Assembly: GCA_964347045.1 (NCBI GenBank)
Contig: CAYFXC010000001.1
Span: 1 to 64,000, forward strand
Length of the DNA: 64,000 nucleotides
Direction of reading: 5' to 3'
DNA from: an uncultured archaeon
GTDB taxonomy: Archaea > Asgardarchaeota > Hermodarchaeia > Hermodarchaeales > Hermodarchaeaceae
This document shows positions 49,856-58,544 of the stretch, piece by piece. A program made the translations under genes and the position numbers. The notes beneath the pieces were generated by a model. That model ran no database searches. It worked only from the letters and a program-made list of their open reading frames with translations, and was not told where the DNA came from. The first letter of the stretch is position 1. Each line of letters opens with the position of its first letter.

Positions 49856-50992
49856 ATGACTAAGCCCCAATTACAAAAAACACACTTACATGATTGGCAT
49901 GAAACCCATGGCGCGAAAATGGCACCATTTGTCGGTTTTCGTATGCCCTTATGGTATAAGGCAGCAGTCCCTGAACATATTGCTACTCGGAAGGCAGCGG
50001 GCCTTTTTGATGTAACACACATGGGTAGAGCAATGATTAGCGGACCAGAGGCAACCAAGTACCTTGAAAACCTATTACCTACTCGAATTCACCAACTAGA
50101 CCAAGGAGCAGGAACTTACAGCGTCTTCTGTACTGATAGCGGAGGAATCATTGATGATCTATTCATATTCCGACTTGCTGAAGAAGAATATTACATAGTA
50201 GTTAATGCCGCTAATCGTAAGAAAGACTACTCATGGATGAAAAAACACAGCACTAACTTTGATGTTAAAATTACAGATATTTCTGATAAAACACCGATGT
50301 ATGCACTTCAAGGACCAGCTGCAGTTAGAATCCTAGAGAACCTTTCCTCTCAGGATTTATCATCAATTCCTCGGTTTAACGCCATTCAAACAAAACTCGA
50401 TGGTTTTGAAGTCATTGCTACACGAAGTGGTTATACTGGTGAAGATGGGTTTGAAATTGCTCAAGTCAATGTTAGCCTAAAGGAAAAGGAGAAAGCAGTT
50501 CAACTATGGGAAAGTATACTCAAAGAAGGAAAAGCCTCGGGATTAGTCCCTGTCGGATTAGCTGCTCGAGATACTCTTCGCCTTGAAGCAGGTATGGTTC
50601 TTTATGGCAACGACATAAACGAAGAAACGACTCCATACCAAGCCCGAATCGGTTTTGTCATTAACTTGAAGAAAGAGCAATTTATTGGAAAAGAAGCGTT
50701 AGTTATTGAAAAGCGAGAAAAACCTCAGCGTCTACGTGTGGGATTAATCCTATTAGGCAGAGGAATTCCGCGCACTGGAAATGCGATTTACGCGAAGGGT
50801 GAAGTGATTGGCGAAATTACAAGTGGTTCAATTTCTCCCATGATTCGAAAAGGCATTGCCCAAGGATATGTCCAACGCCCCTACCGAAAATCAGAAACAC
50901 TTGTCCACATCGAAATAGGAAATAAGAAGCGGTGGGCAGAAATTATACACCCTAAGAATCTACTTGGACATATCAAAAAACTCGCAAATTAA
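49856..50992 (+). CDS. gcvT: Glycine cleavage system aminomethyltransferase T
   Basis: GLFDVTHMG, GGIIDD, RSGYTGEDGFE, ARDTLRLEAG. Confidence 0.95.
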   Translation: MTKPQLQKTHLHDWHETHGAKMAPFVGFRMPLWYKAAVPEHIATRKAAGLFDVTHMGRAMISGPEATKYLENLLPTRIHQLDQGAGTYSVFCTDSGGIIDDLFIFRLAEEEYYIVVNAANRKKDYSWMKKHSTNFDVKITDISDKTPMYALQGPAAVRILENLSSQDLSSIPRFNAIQTKLDGFEVIATRSGYTGEDGFEIAQVNVSLKEKEKAVQLWESILKEGKASGLVPVGLAARDTLRLEAGMVLYGNDINEETTPYQARIGFVINLKKEQFIGKEALVIEKREKPQRLRVGLILLGRGIPRTGNAIYAKGEVIGEITSGSISPMIRKGIAQGYVQRPYRKSETLVHIEIGNKKRWAEIIHPKNLLGHIKKLAN

Positions 50993-51011
50993 AAAGACGC
51001 GCTAGTTTCGT

Positions 51012-51317
51012 CTATCGTGAATCCCAGTCATTTTCTACTTCTTGGACAAAAGTTACCAGCAATTGAGCAACAGGATGCTTAGGGTTAAGATGAAGAATGC
51101 GACGCCGACGGAAAAAACGGATATCTGAAACAATACCAGCTTTAATGAGTGGAAGAAGACAGCGTTCTACAGAAGAAACAGAAACGTTTGCACGACGTGC
51201 CAGCATTGAAAGGTGCATCGTCGTATCTTTTTGTTCAATGAGCACCTCTAATAAACGGATCTGAGGAGTATCCCCAAATAACTCTTTTAACCGTCCCATT
51301 TGTGTAGCCAACCTCAC
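51012..51317 (-). CDS. Winged-helix DNA-binding protein
   Basis: LFGDTPQIRLLE, LARRANVS.SSV...L..L.K.GIV. Confidence 0.75.
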   Translation of the reverse strand: MRLATQMGRLKELFGDTPQIRLLEVLIEQKDTTMHLSMLARRANVSVSSVERCLLPLIKAGIVSDIRFFRRRRILHLNPKHPVAQLLVTFVQEVENDWDSR

Positions 51318-51400
51318 CGCTCATGAAGGAAACAATTGACCATACAGAGGTACCTTTAGGAAAAAAATCTTATCGCCTGAAATCTTTATGACCTTTTGTA

Positions 51401-52090
51401 TTAAGAACTGGTTACCCGAGTCCCAATTTTTCCCTCATTTATTGCAAAAAGTATGTTTTGAGGATTTTTTCCATCAACAAACCATATTTCAATATCAGCT
51501 CGTTCGATGATATCAAGAGCTCGTTTATCAAATAACTGATATGCACCTGGTTCGTTGGCTAGAGTGGCCACAATATCTCGTAATTCACTTAACGTGATTT
51601 CAGTCAGAAGATTGGCCTCAAGAGATTGTTTAGGATCCCTGTCATATACGCCTTCAACATCAGTGACGTTGACTAAGACCTTGGCTTTTGTAAGTTCTGC
51701 AACTCGGGCAGCCACAGCGTTGGTTGATTGACCTGGATGAAGTCCTCCTAATACGAGTAATTTGTCCGTTTCATACAGGTTTGTTAATTGTTTTTCAGTC
51801 ATCACAGGAGTAGGATATGCAATACCCTCTAACGCTGCAATCATCAATTGTGCACAAACCCAAGTTGCAGCAATGCCTAATTGATCCAGTGTGTCGCGAT
51901 TAGCACCCAAAACCTTCCCTTTTTCAATCAATTTCTTTGCGAGCGCTCCCCCACCAATAACAAGAACTACCTCATGTTTTTCTCGTTTTAGTTGGTGTAC
52001 AATCTGTGAAATTTCTTTAAATTGGTCTAAATTAAGTTTTTGATCGCTATCAAACAGAAGAGACCCACCAATTTTAAGGACAAACTTCAT
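51401..52090 (-). CDS. pyrH: Uridylate kinase
   Basis: KIGGS, GGG..A, PGQST.AVAA, DVEGVY.RDPK. Confidence 0.92.
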   Translation of the reverse strand: MKFVLKIGGSLLFDSDQKLNLDQFKEISQIVHQLKREKHEVVLVIGGGALAKKLIEKGKVLGANRDTLDQLGIAATWVCAQLMIAALEGIAYPTPVMTEKQLTNLYETDKLLVLGGLHPGQSTNAVAARVAELTKAKVLVNVTDVEGVYDRDPKQSLEANLLTEITLSELRDIVATLANEPGAYQLFDKRALDIIERADIEIWFVDGKNPQNILFAINEGKIGTRVTSS

Positions 52091-52200
52091 ACAATCACCT
52101 TTGTAGTTCGAAAAGTTTATGATTACCTTTAACGGTTGCTCCTCGCACTTAATGGCGCATACATGCCTTTTTGCTTTATGCGAACAGGGAGTTGCTACCC

Positions 52201-53460
52201 ATGTCTACTACCAGTGAATCCTATCAGCGGTTCAAGCTCAAGAAGGTAGTGGACACGCTCGCTCAAAAAAAGGGACTTCACACTGAACTCATTACCCTCT
52301 ACATTCCCCCCGAAAAGCAGATGAGTGATGTTTTAGGAACACTCCGAACCGAATACGGCACTGCGACTAATATCAAATCAAAATCAACGCGTAAAAACGT
52401 CATGGATGCCATTCAAACCGTGATTCAGCGTCTGAAAATTATCCCCAAACCTCCACCTCATGGTCTAGCAGTTTTTGCTGGGACTATTCCACACGGAGCC
52501 CCAGGAAGCGAAAAAATGGAAATCTATCTCATTGAACCCCCAGAACCAGTTAACGTCTACATTTATCGTTGTGCAGCTGAATTCTGGCTAGACCCTCTTC
52601 GTGAAATGCTTACCCCTAAAGATAGTTACGGACTAATTTCAATCGACCGAAGTGCCGCATCTTGGGCAATTCTTCGAGGTACTAGCCTAAAAGTTATAAA
52701 AACAGTCAAATCCGGAATTATGGGAAAACATCGGGCAGGTGGACAGAGTCAACGACGATTCGAACGATTAATTGAGCAGGCTGCTCATGAATTTCTCACG
52801 CGATCTGGGGAATTAACCCGAGAGTTCTTTGAGGATATTCCGGATTTAAACGGGATTATCATTGGAGGACCAGGGTTTACTAAGGAAACCTTTACAGACA
52901 AAGGCTACCTTAAGCCTCCTCTCAAGGATAAGGTATTAGCTATTCTTGATACAGCGTACGCAGGTGAAGAGGGAATTCGTGCTCTAGTTGAAAAGTCAAC
53001 AGACATTCTTCGTAACCAACGATTAATCGAAGAAAAACGTCTTGTCCAACGATTCTTAAGCGAGATTGCTCGTGATAGCGGGCGGGCTACATATGGAGAA
53101 AAACAGGTGCGTGCCGCACTTGAACGCGGAGCAGTAGAAATAATTCTCGTATCAGAAGGAATTGACTACACGCGTGTAATTATCAAATGCAGTTCCTGTG
53201 ATAACACAATAGAAAAGACCCTTTCCCCTGATGCCATCTCCAATCTTGAAAACACCCTTGAAACCCAGCAATGTGAGAAATGCAATAATCAAACCTTACA
53301 AATTATCGAATCTCAAGACATGATTGAAGAAATCGGTGAGGTCGCAAAAGAAACTGGAGCAGATATCGAAATCATATCTCCTGAAACTGAAGAAGGCAAA
53401 CAACTCCTCAGCGCATTCAGAGGCATCGGTGCTATTCTTCGTTGGGCTGAACAGACCTAG
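52201..53460 (+). CDS. prf1: Peptide chain release factor aRF1
   Basis: NIKS, YRC, GGQS motifs. Confidence 0.96.
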   Translation: MSTTSESYQRFKLKKVVDTLAQKKGLHTELITLYIPPEKQMSDVLGTLRTEYGTATNIKSKSTRKNVMDAIQTVIQRLKIIPKPPPHGLAVFAGTIPHGAPGSEKMEIYLIEPPEPVNVYIYRCAAEFWLDPLREMLTPKDSYGLISIDRSAASWAILRGTSLKVIKTVKSGIMGKHRAGGQSQRRFERLIEQAAHEFLTRSGELTREFFEDIPDLNGIIIGGPGFTKETFTDKGYLKPPLKDKVLAILDTAYAGEEGIRALVEKSTDILRNQRLIEEKRLVQRFLSEIARDSGRATYGEKQVRAALERGAVEIILVSEGIDYTRVIIKCSSCDNTIEKTLSPDAISNLENTLETQQCEKCNNQTLQIIESQDMIEEIGEVAKETGADIEIISPETEEGKQLLSAFRGIGAILRWAEQT

Positions 53461-53587
53461 GACAAAAATACTTGGAGAAAGCCTTTTTAGCGAGCGAAAG
53501 AATGCCGTTTCCTAGTCAAATAAGAAAATCATTACGAAGACTCATTTTAGATATCAGTGTTGAATTGTGAATAAGAAGTTGGAGATA

Positions 53588-55981
53588 ATGGGGCATAGCA
53601 TGCTACTCAAAGAAAAACGATGGAAACCGGAAATCGAAGAAGAAATCCTGAAAATCTGGACCAAAAACAAAATCTACGCCTTTAACAAAGATACACCAAA
53701 TCCGGTGTATTCTGTTGATACGCCACCACCCTATCTAAGTGGACCCTGGCATGTTGGCGGTTCAATTCACTATACCCAAATCGATATGATCGCCCGAACC
53801 AAGCGCATGGAAGGACATGATGTTATTTTTCCTATGGGGTTGGACCGAAATGGATTACCCATTGAAGTACAGGTTGAAAAAGCATACAACAAAAGTATGC
53901 ATGAAATCCCTCGACAGCAATTTCTTGAATTATGTGCTGAATTCTTGGATCGTAATGAAGCCCTAATTGTGGCCCATGCCCAACGCCTTGGACTCAGTTG
54001 TAATTCCTTCAAAGACGATGAAATGTATCGAACTGATAGCCCCCAATATCGTGCGGTTACCCAACGCACCTTTATCGAACTATACAAGAAAGGTCTCATC
54101 TACATTGATAATCGGCCCAACAACTGGTGTCCTGAATGCGGAACCACGATAGCAGACGCAGAAGTTGAATACAAGGACATAGAAACTATTCTATTAACTC
54201 TCAAGTTTATTATCAAAGAAACCGGAGACGAATTACCCATAGCAACAACACGTCCTGAGCTTCTCTCAGCATGTGCTGCTGTTTTGGTAAATCCTGATGA
54301 TGAGAGGTACTTACATCTCCACGGAAAAACTGCGATTACACCCTTGTATGAGAAGCGCGTTCCTATTATTCCTCATCCTGAAGCGCGTATTGAATTCGGG
54401 ACCGGCGTCGTCATGGTTTGTAGTTATGGAGATTACACAGATGTTCGACTTTTCAGAGAATTACAGCTAGAACCTATCAATGCCTTGGGTCCTGATGGTA
54501 AAATGACTAAGGTGACAGGGTCATATGAAGGATTAGCTGTCACAGAAGCACGTAAAGCTATCCTCAAAGATTTGAAAGAAAAGAACCTGATTCTGAAACA
54601 AGAGTCCACCATTCATCGAACCCCAACTTGTTGGCGCAGTCGGAATCCCATTGAATTTATCGCCATGCCTGAATATTATTTGAAGCAGATTCAATTCATC
54701 GATGACCTCCGAGTCGTTGTCGATCAAATGACCTTTTTCCCCTTAAAGAATAAACAGATTCTAGTAGACTGGATTAACAGTGTTAGTCGTGATTGGCCCA
54801 TTAGCCGACGCCGATACTATGGTACCGAAGTCCCCCTTTGGTACTGTAAGAAATGTAATGAAACCATCGTTCCGCCACCAGGTCCCTACTATCAACCTTG
54901 GAAGAATCCTCCACCAATCAAGAAATGCCCAAAATGTGGAAATGCTGATCAATTTGAGGGCGAAACCCGAACCTTAGACACTTGGATGGATTCGTCTATT
55001 AGTGGTCTTATCACAATCTTCTACACTGAAGATGATGAATTCTTTCAACAACACTTTCCAACAAGTATTCGACCACAAGGTAAAGACATTGTCCGAACTT
55101 GGCTTTACTACTCTGTCTTGCGCGTCTACCAACTCTTTCAAGCACCTGCCTTCAAATTCGTCTGGATTAGTGGGCATGGGCTTGACGAAAAAGGTGAAGC
55201 CATGAGTAAATCTAGGGGCAACGCCATCGATCCGAATCCAATTATAGAAAAATATGGTGCTGACGCCTTCCGCCTATGGGGCGCTCTCGAAGCCTCCCTC
55301 GGCTCTGACTACAGATTCAACGAGGGACGTCTCGCTGGTGCTCATCGCTTCCTAACAAAACTTTGGAACGTCTCACGGTTCATCTCTGGATTCCCCCAAC
55401 CTAAAGTTAGCACCACCAATCTTCACCCTGCTGATCATTGGATTCTCTCCGAGCTAAATCATATTATTACGCGGGCAAAAGCAGGATACGCTAGACTAGA
55501 TTTCATTATTCCATCTCGCGAACTACGTATTTTCACATGGGATCTTTTTGCCAGCCATTATCTCGAACTCGTTAAGGGTCGTGCCTATTCCGAACAAGAT
55601 AAGATAGGGCAAGCCGCTGCATGGTACACTCTCCACATGGTCCTCAAAGCCATCCTAAAGCTCCTTGCTCCCATTTGTCCTTATATCACTGATAAGATTC
55701 ACCGCGAATTATATGACAAGAAAACCTCCATTCATAAACTCAAGTTTCCTGAAATCTTCAAAGGCATCAGTGAGGAGCACCCAACCGAAATGTTGACCCA
55801 ATTCAACGCTGATATCTGGAAACACAAAAAAGACCAGAAAATAAGTCTTCGTGAAGCGCTTCCCAATGTTACTGCACCAAAGATTCTGAAACCCTATGCA
55901 GAAGACCTCCAACGCATGCATAACATCCAATCTATCAAGTTCCATTCAAAGGATAACACACAAATACCCCCAGCCAAATAA
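53588..55981 (+). CDS. valS: Valyl-tRNA synthetase
   Basis: DTPPPY.SG..HVG, ATTRPE, DWPISRRR, DTWMDSS, AMSKS. Confidence 0.93.
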   Translation: MGHSMLLKEKRWKPEIEEEILKIWTKNKIYAFNKDTPNPVYSVDTPPPYLSGPWHVGGSIHYTQIDMIARTKRMEGHDVIFPMGLDRNGLPIEVQVEKAYNKSMHEIPRQQFLELCAEFLDRNEALIVAHAQRLGLSCNSFKDDEMYRTDSPQYRAVTQRTFIELYKKGLIYIDNRPNNWCPECGTTIADAEVEYKDIETILLTLKFIIKETGDELPIATTRPELLSACAAVLVNPDDERYLHLHGKTAITPLYEKRVPIIPHPEARIEFGTGVVMVCSYGDYTDVRLFRELQLEPINALGPDGKMTKVTGSYEGLAVTEARKAILKDLKEKNLILKQESTIHRTPTCWRSRNPIEFIAMPEYYLKQIQFIDDLRVVVDQMTFFPLKNKQILVDWINSVSRDWPISRRRYYGTEVPLWYCKKCNETIVPPPGPYYQPWKNPPPIKKCPKCGNADQFEGETRTLDTWMDSSISGLITIFYTEDDEFFQQHFPTSIRPQGKDIVRTWLYYSVLRVYQLFQAPAFKFVWISGHGLDEKGEAMSKSRGNAIDPNPIIEKYGADAFRLWGALEASLGSDYRFNEGRLAGAHRFLTKLWNVSRFISGFPQPKVSTTNLHPADHWILSELNHIITRAKAGYARLDFIIPSRELRIFTWDLFASHYLELVKGRAYSEQDKIGQAAAWYTLHMVLKAILKLLAPICPYITDKIHRELYDKKTSIHKLKFPEIFKGISEEHPTEMLTQFNADIWKHKKDQKISLREALPNVTAPKILKPYAEDLQRMHNIQSIKFHSKDNTQIPPAK

Positions 55982-55995
55982 CCTCGCAACCCTTT

Positions 55996-56070
55996 GGGGT
56001 GGTAGATCAATGGTAGATCGCGTGCCTCGCACGCACGAGGTTCCGGGTTCAAGTCCCGGCCACTCCACCA
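55996..56070 (+). tRNA. tRNA-Ala(CGC)
   Basis: Intronless cloverleaf, G3:U70, encoded CCA. Confidence 0.95.
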
Positions 56071-56145
56071 ATCAGCATCATCCCGATTCTCTGGCAAAAC
56101 TCATATAAACGTAGAACACCACGCCCAACAACACGAATTTCTTGT

Positions 56146-56222
56146 GGGTCGGTGGCCTAGCCTGGTAGGGCACTCGGCTGATAACCGAGAGGTCGCGGGT
56201 TCGAAGCCCGTCCGACCCACCA
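56146..56222 (+). tRNA. tRNA-Ile(GAU)
   Basis: Intronless cloverleaf, GAT anticodon, encoded CCA. Confidence 0.95.
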
Positions 56223-56290
56223 CTTTTTAGTTATTTAACTCGTTAATTTTCAAAAAAAATACCATCAAAACGAATTTTCAGGTCACAAAC

Positions 56291-56358
56291 TTGCATCAGA
56301 TCTCAGTGGTTTATATGACTCTATACAAGTGCCTTTCTTAGAAAAACCCCTCAGGAGG
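56291..56358 (+). promoter_or_regulatory. Promoter/RBS of micro-ORF 1 (TTGCA-N13-GTTTATATG, TACAAGTGC, GGAGG)
   Basis: Same elements, with the same TTGCA-TATA spacing, recur upstream of micro-ORF 2. Confidence 0.65.
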
Positions 56359-56366
56359 CAATTTAC

Positions 56367-56405
56367 ATGTATCCACCCCGACCCCCTTGTCCTGTTCCAT
56401 CCTAG
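56367..56405 (+). CDS. MYP micro-ORF 1: MYPPRPPCPVPS
   Basis: AGGAGG 8 nt before ATG, TATA box, downstream T-tract; paralogous to two other micro-ORFs. Confidence 0.65.
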   Translation: MYPPRPPCPVPS

Positions 56406-56431
56406 TTATAACTCATTTTTCCTTTCTTTTT

Positions 56432-58168
56432 TTAGACTTTTGATTTTAACTTTGGTAATGTATTATCGTCCCATTTCCATGCTCCTAGTTCAAAATCATA
56501 ATTTTTTGGTAAAACTGGTGTCTCCAACCCCGAATAAGATTGCCAGACAGGTCTTGCTTCTAGGGATGCATTAATTTCATTTTTTGCAAATGTCTTCCGT
56601 AATGTCGAAAGTACATCTACCGCTTGACTATTCGTAACGTGGGCAAAGACATATGCATATCCGTTTTCAAGGACCACCGCGTTTTGATATGGCAACAAAT
56701 GTAATGTTTTCAAAACATAGTCTGTAACTGTTCGAGGTTCAAAAATGCGAATTAGTAATGCGGTATTAAGTCCAACGTGGTGCAATATTATTCCATTATT
56801 TTTACTTATTTGCAAACGTTCCAATTTCTTTATTCGACGACGATATCGCATATGCATTGACTCTGAAATCCCCAATGTACGGAGTTCCTGTGATGATTGT
56901 GAGGTAACTCGATTTGTTAATAGAATGTTATCAAAAGTACGCCTAAAATATGTGAAATCTTCAATTTGTAACTTAAGCGGGAAGTCGCTTTGTTTCAGAA
57001 GGTCATATGAGTATTCAGCATATTGAATCGGGGATGGCTGATCATGTACAAAGTTTGAATCTAATGACTCGATCCTATTGAGAAGAAGAGAAGAATCAAG
57101 AGGCCATCCCTTTTCTGGAGTATAAGACTCTAAATTCCAATAATTAATATTTTGAGAGTCTGCGATTGCTTGAACGTTTCCTATTCCTTCACTCCGTGTT
57201 AGTTTTTCTAGCCAATCAGAAAAATGCATGCGTTGATTTTGTGGGATTAGAAATCTGCAATGAACCGTGTTGCTTTGTAATGTTTGTATGAAAAAGACAT
57301 ATCGGATTGCTGAGATGAGATTTGATAATCGTTGTGCTATTTTCTTGCTAGTAGCTTGGAAAAAAACCTCTAGTGGAATTAATCCAATCAAGGGCACGTC
57401 AATAAATTTGGACAGACGGAGAAGATGACGTTGTGCGAGGTTAGTTAGATGTTGGCTGAGCCCGGAAACACTCATGTTGAGTTGCTTGGCGAGACGGCTT
57501 TGGTGGAGAGGAGTGATTACATTACTGAGGGTCGTAAGGATTTGGTGTTCAGGATGTGTGAGAAGGATGTGGGTTTCGATCATCCAGCGTTCGAGGGCGT
57601 TAGTATAGGTTGGTGTGGAGAGAGGAGTACCTGTTGTGGTAGGGCGAAGAGTGTTAAGCCAGAAAAGAACTCGGTTAAGAAAGGCCCCAGAGACAACGCC
57701 ATCAAAGAGAGGAAAACCGGAAGGCGCATCATAGACATAATATTGATAATGTTGGGGTGGGGAGACTTGCTTCCAAAGTGTGGTAAGCTCCGTTTTTTCA
57801 ATGGCACTATAATCTCCATATTTGAGACCAAGATAGAGACCGAGATCAGCGGTTTCGGAGATTTGACGTAGGTGGGGTAAAAGAAGGCTAAGGAGAGCTT
57901 CACGCCATATCACCCAGTCTAATACATGCGAGGGAGCTTGTTGAAGGTCTTGAGCGAGAGTTACTTGCCAGCCGCCACGCGGACGTTCTTCTAGTGAAGT
58001 TTCTACGGCTCCAAATCGTGGATAGTCATAGACCAAGGGAAAGTCATTCCATAAGAAGCTGAGAATTCGATCCCGTAGTCGGGGGAGAGGTTCGACTGTG
58101 AGCTCAGTAATTATCCAATCCTGTTTTTTACGGAATTGTTGCATGAGCTCACGAAATCGTTTCGACAC
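56432..58168 (-). CDS. Large wHTH regulator-like protein, paralog A (N-terminal zincin-like domain plus tandem Lrp/AsnC-like modules)
   Basis: QSRLAKQLNMSVSGLSQHLTNL...IDVPLIGL AsnC-type HTH; second degenerate HTH; similar along its length to 58545..60257. Confidence 0.75.
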   Translation of the reverse strand: MSKRFRELMQQFRKKQDWIITELTVEPLPRLRDRILSFLWNDFPLVYDYPRFGAVETSLEERPRGGWQVTLAQDLQQAPSHVLDWVIWREALLSLLLPHLRQISETADLGLYLGLKYGDYSAIEKTELTTLWKQVSPPQHYQYYVYDAPSGFPLFDGVVSGAFLNRVLFWLNTLRPTTTGTPLSTPTYTNALERWMIETHILLTHPEHQILTTLSNVITPLHQSRLAKQLNMSVSGLSQHLTNLAQRHLLRLSKFIDVPLIGLIPLEVFFQATSKKIAQRLSNLISAIRYVFFIQTLQSNTVHCRFLIPQNQRMHFSDWLEKLTRSEGIGNVQAIADSQNINYWNLESYTPEKGWPLDSSLLLNRIESLDSNFVHDQPSPIQYAEYSYDLLKQSDFPLKLQIEDFTYFRRTFDNILLTNRVTSQSSQELRTLGISESMHMRYRRRIKKLERLQISKNNGIILHHVGLNTALLIRIFEPRTVTDYVLKTLHLLPYQNAVVLENGYAYVFAHVTNSQAVDVLSTLRKTFAKNEINASLEARPVWQSYSGLETPVLPKNYDFELGAWKWDDNTLPKLKSKV

Positions 58169-58242
58169 AATTCAGCCTTCCATTTACATGATGATATAAA
58201 ACCGTTAAGCGAATTCTACCTTCCACTGATACTTTTAGTAAT

Positions 58243-58272
58243 AAAAAAGAAAGGGAAACCTGTTCGGTTTCC
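58243..58272 (-). terminator. Hairpin plus T-tract terminator downstream of micro-ORF 2
   Basis: GGAAACC-GAACA-GGTTTCC followed by CTTTCTTTTTT on the minus strand. Confidence 0.6.
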
Positions 58273-58362
58273 GGTATTCAACACACTTGTTCTGGGTGAG
58301 AGTAGTACGTGTTAAAAGCTTCTAAAATTGGATGAGATGGTTACTAGAATCACTTCTATTTA

Positions 58363-58395
58363 TTAAAGAGGTTCTGGTCGACGTGGGGGATACAT
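58363..58395 (-). CDS. MYP micro-ORF 2: MYPPRRPEPL
   Basis: GGAGG at 58407-58411, GTTTATATG at 58444-58452, tandem TAA stops. Confidence 0.65.
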   Translation of the reverse strand: MYPPRRPEPL

Positions 58396-58406
58396 GGTTT
58401 AGGATG

Positions 58407-58470
58407 CCTCCAAGCACTTGTAACCATGTCGAACTCAATTTTCCATATAAACTAAAAGTCACCGTTGCAA
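58407..58470 (-). promoter_or_regulatory. Promoter/RBS of micro-ORF 2 (TTGCA-N13-GTTTATATG, TACAAGTGC, GGAGG)
   Basis: Matches the micro-ORF 1 upstream elements. Confidence 0.65.
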
Positions 58471-58544
58471 AAAAAGCCAAAAAATGTTGTTAGAAATGAA
58501 AAAAATTGTGTAACTTTACAATTGCAAAACCTATGATTGATTAT

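Noticed and set aside
55198-55215. AMSKS instead of KMSKS in ValRS
   Set aside because: The first position of the motif is variable and the catalytic second Lys is retained.
55000-58100. C-rich valS end followed by G-rich plus strand in paralog A as a third skew flip
   Set aside because: The genes are convergent, so coding-strand bias alone could explain it.
58168-58395. MYPPRRPEPL as a simple attenuator leader for paralog A
   Set aside because: Not favoured: a terminator and a separate TATA (58193-58200) lie between them, and micro-ORFs 1 and 3 have no downstream same-strand gene. Not fully excluded.
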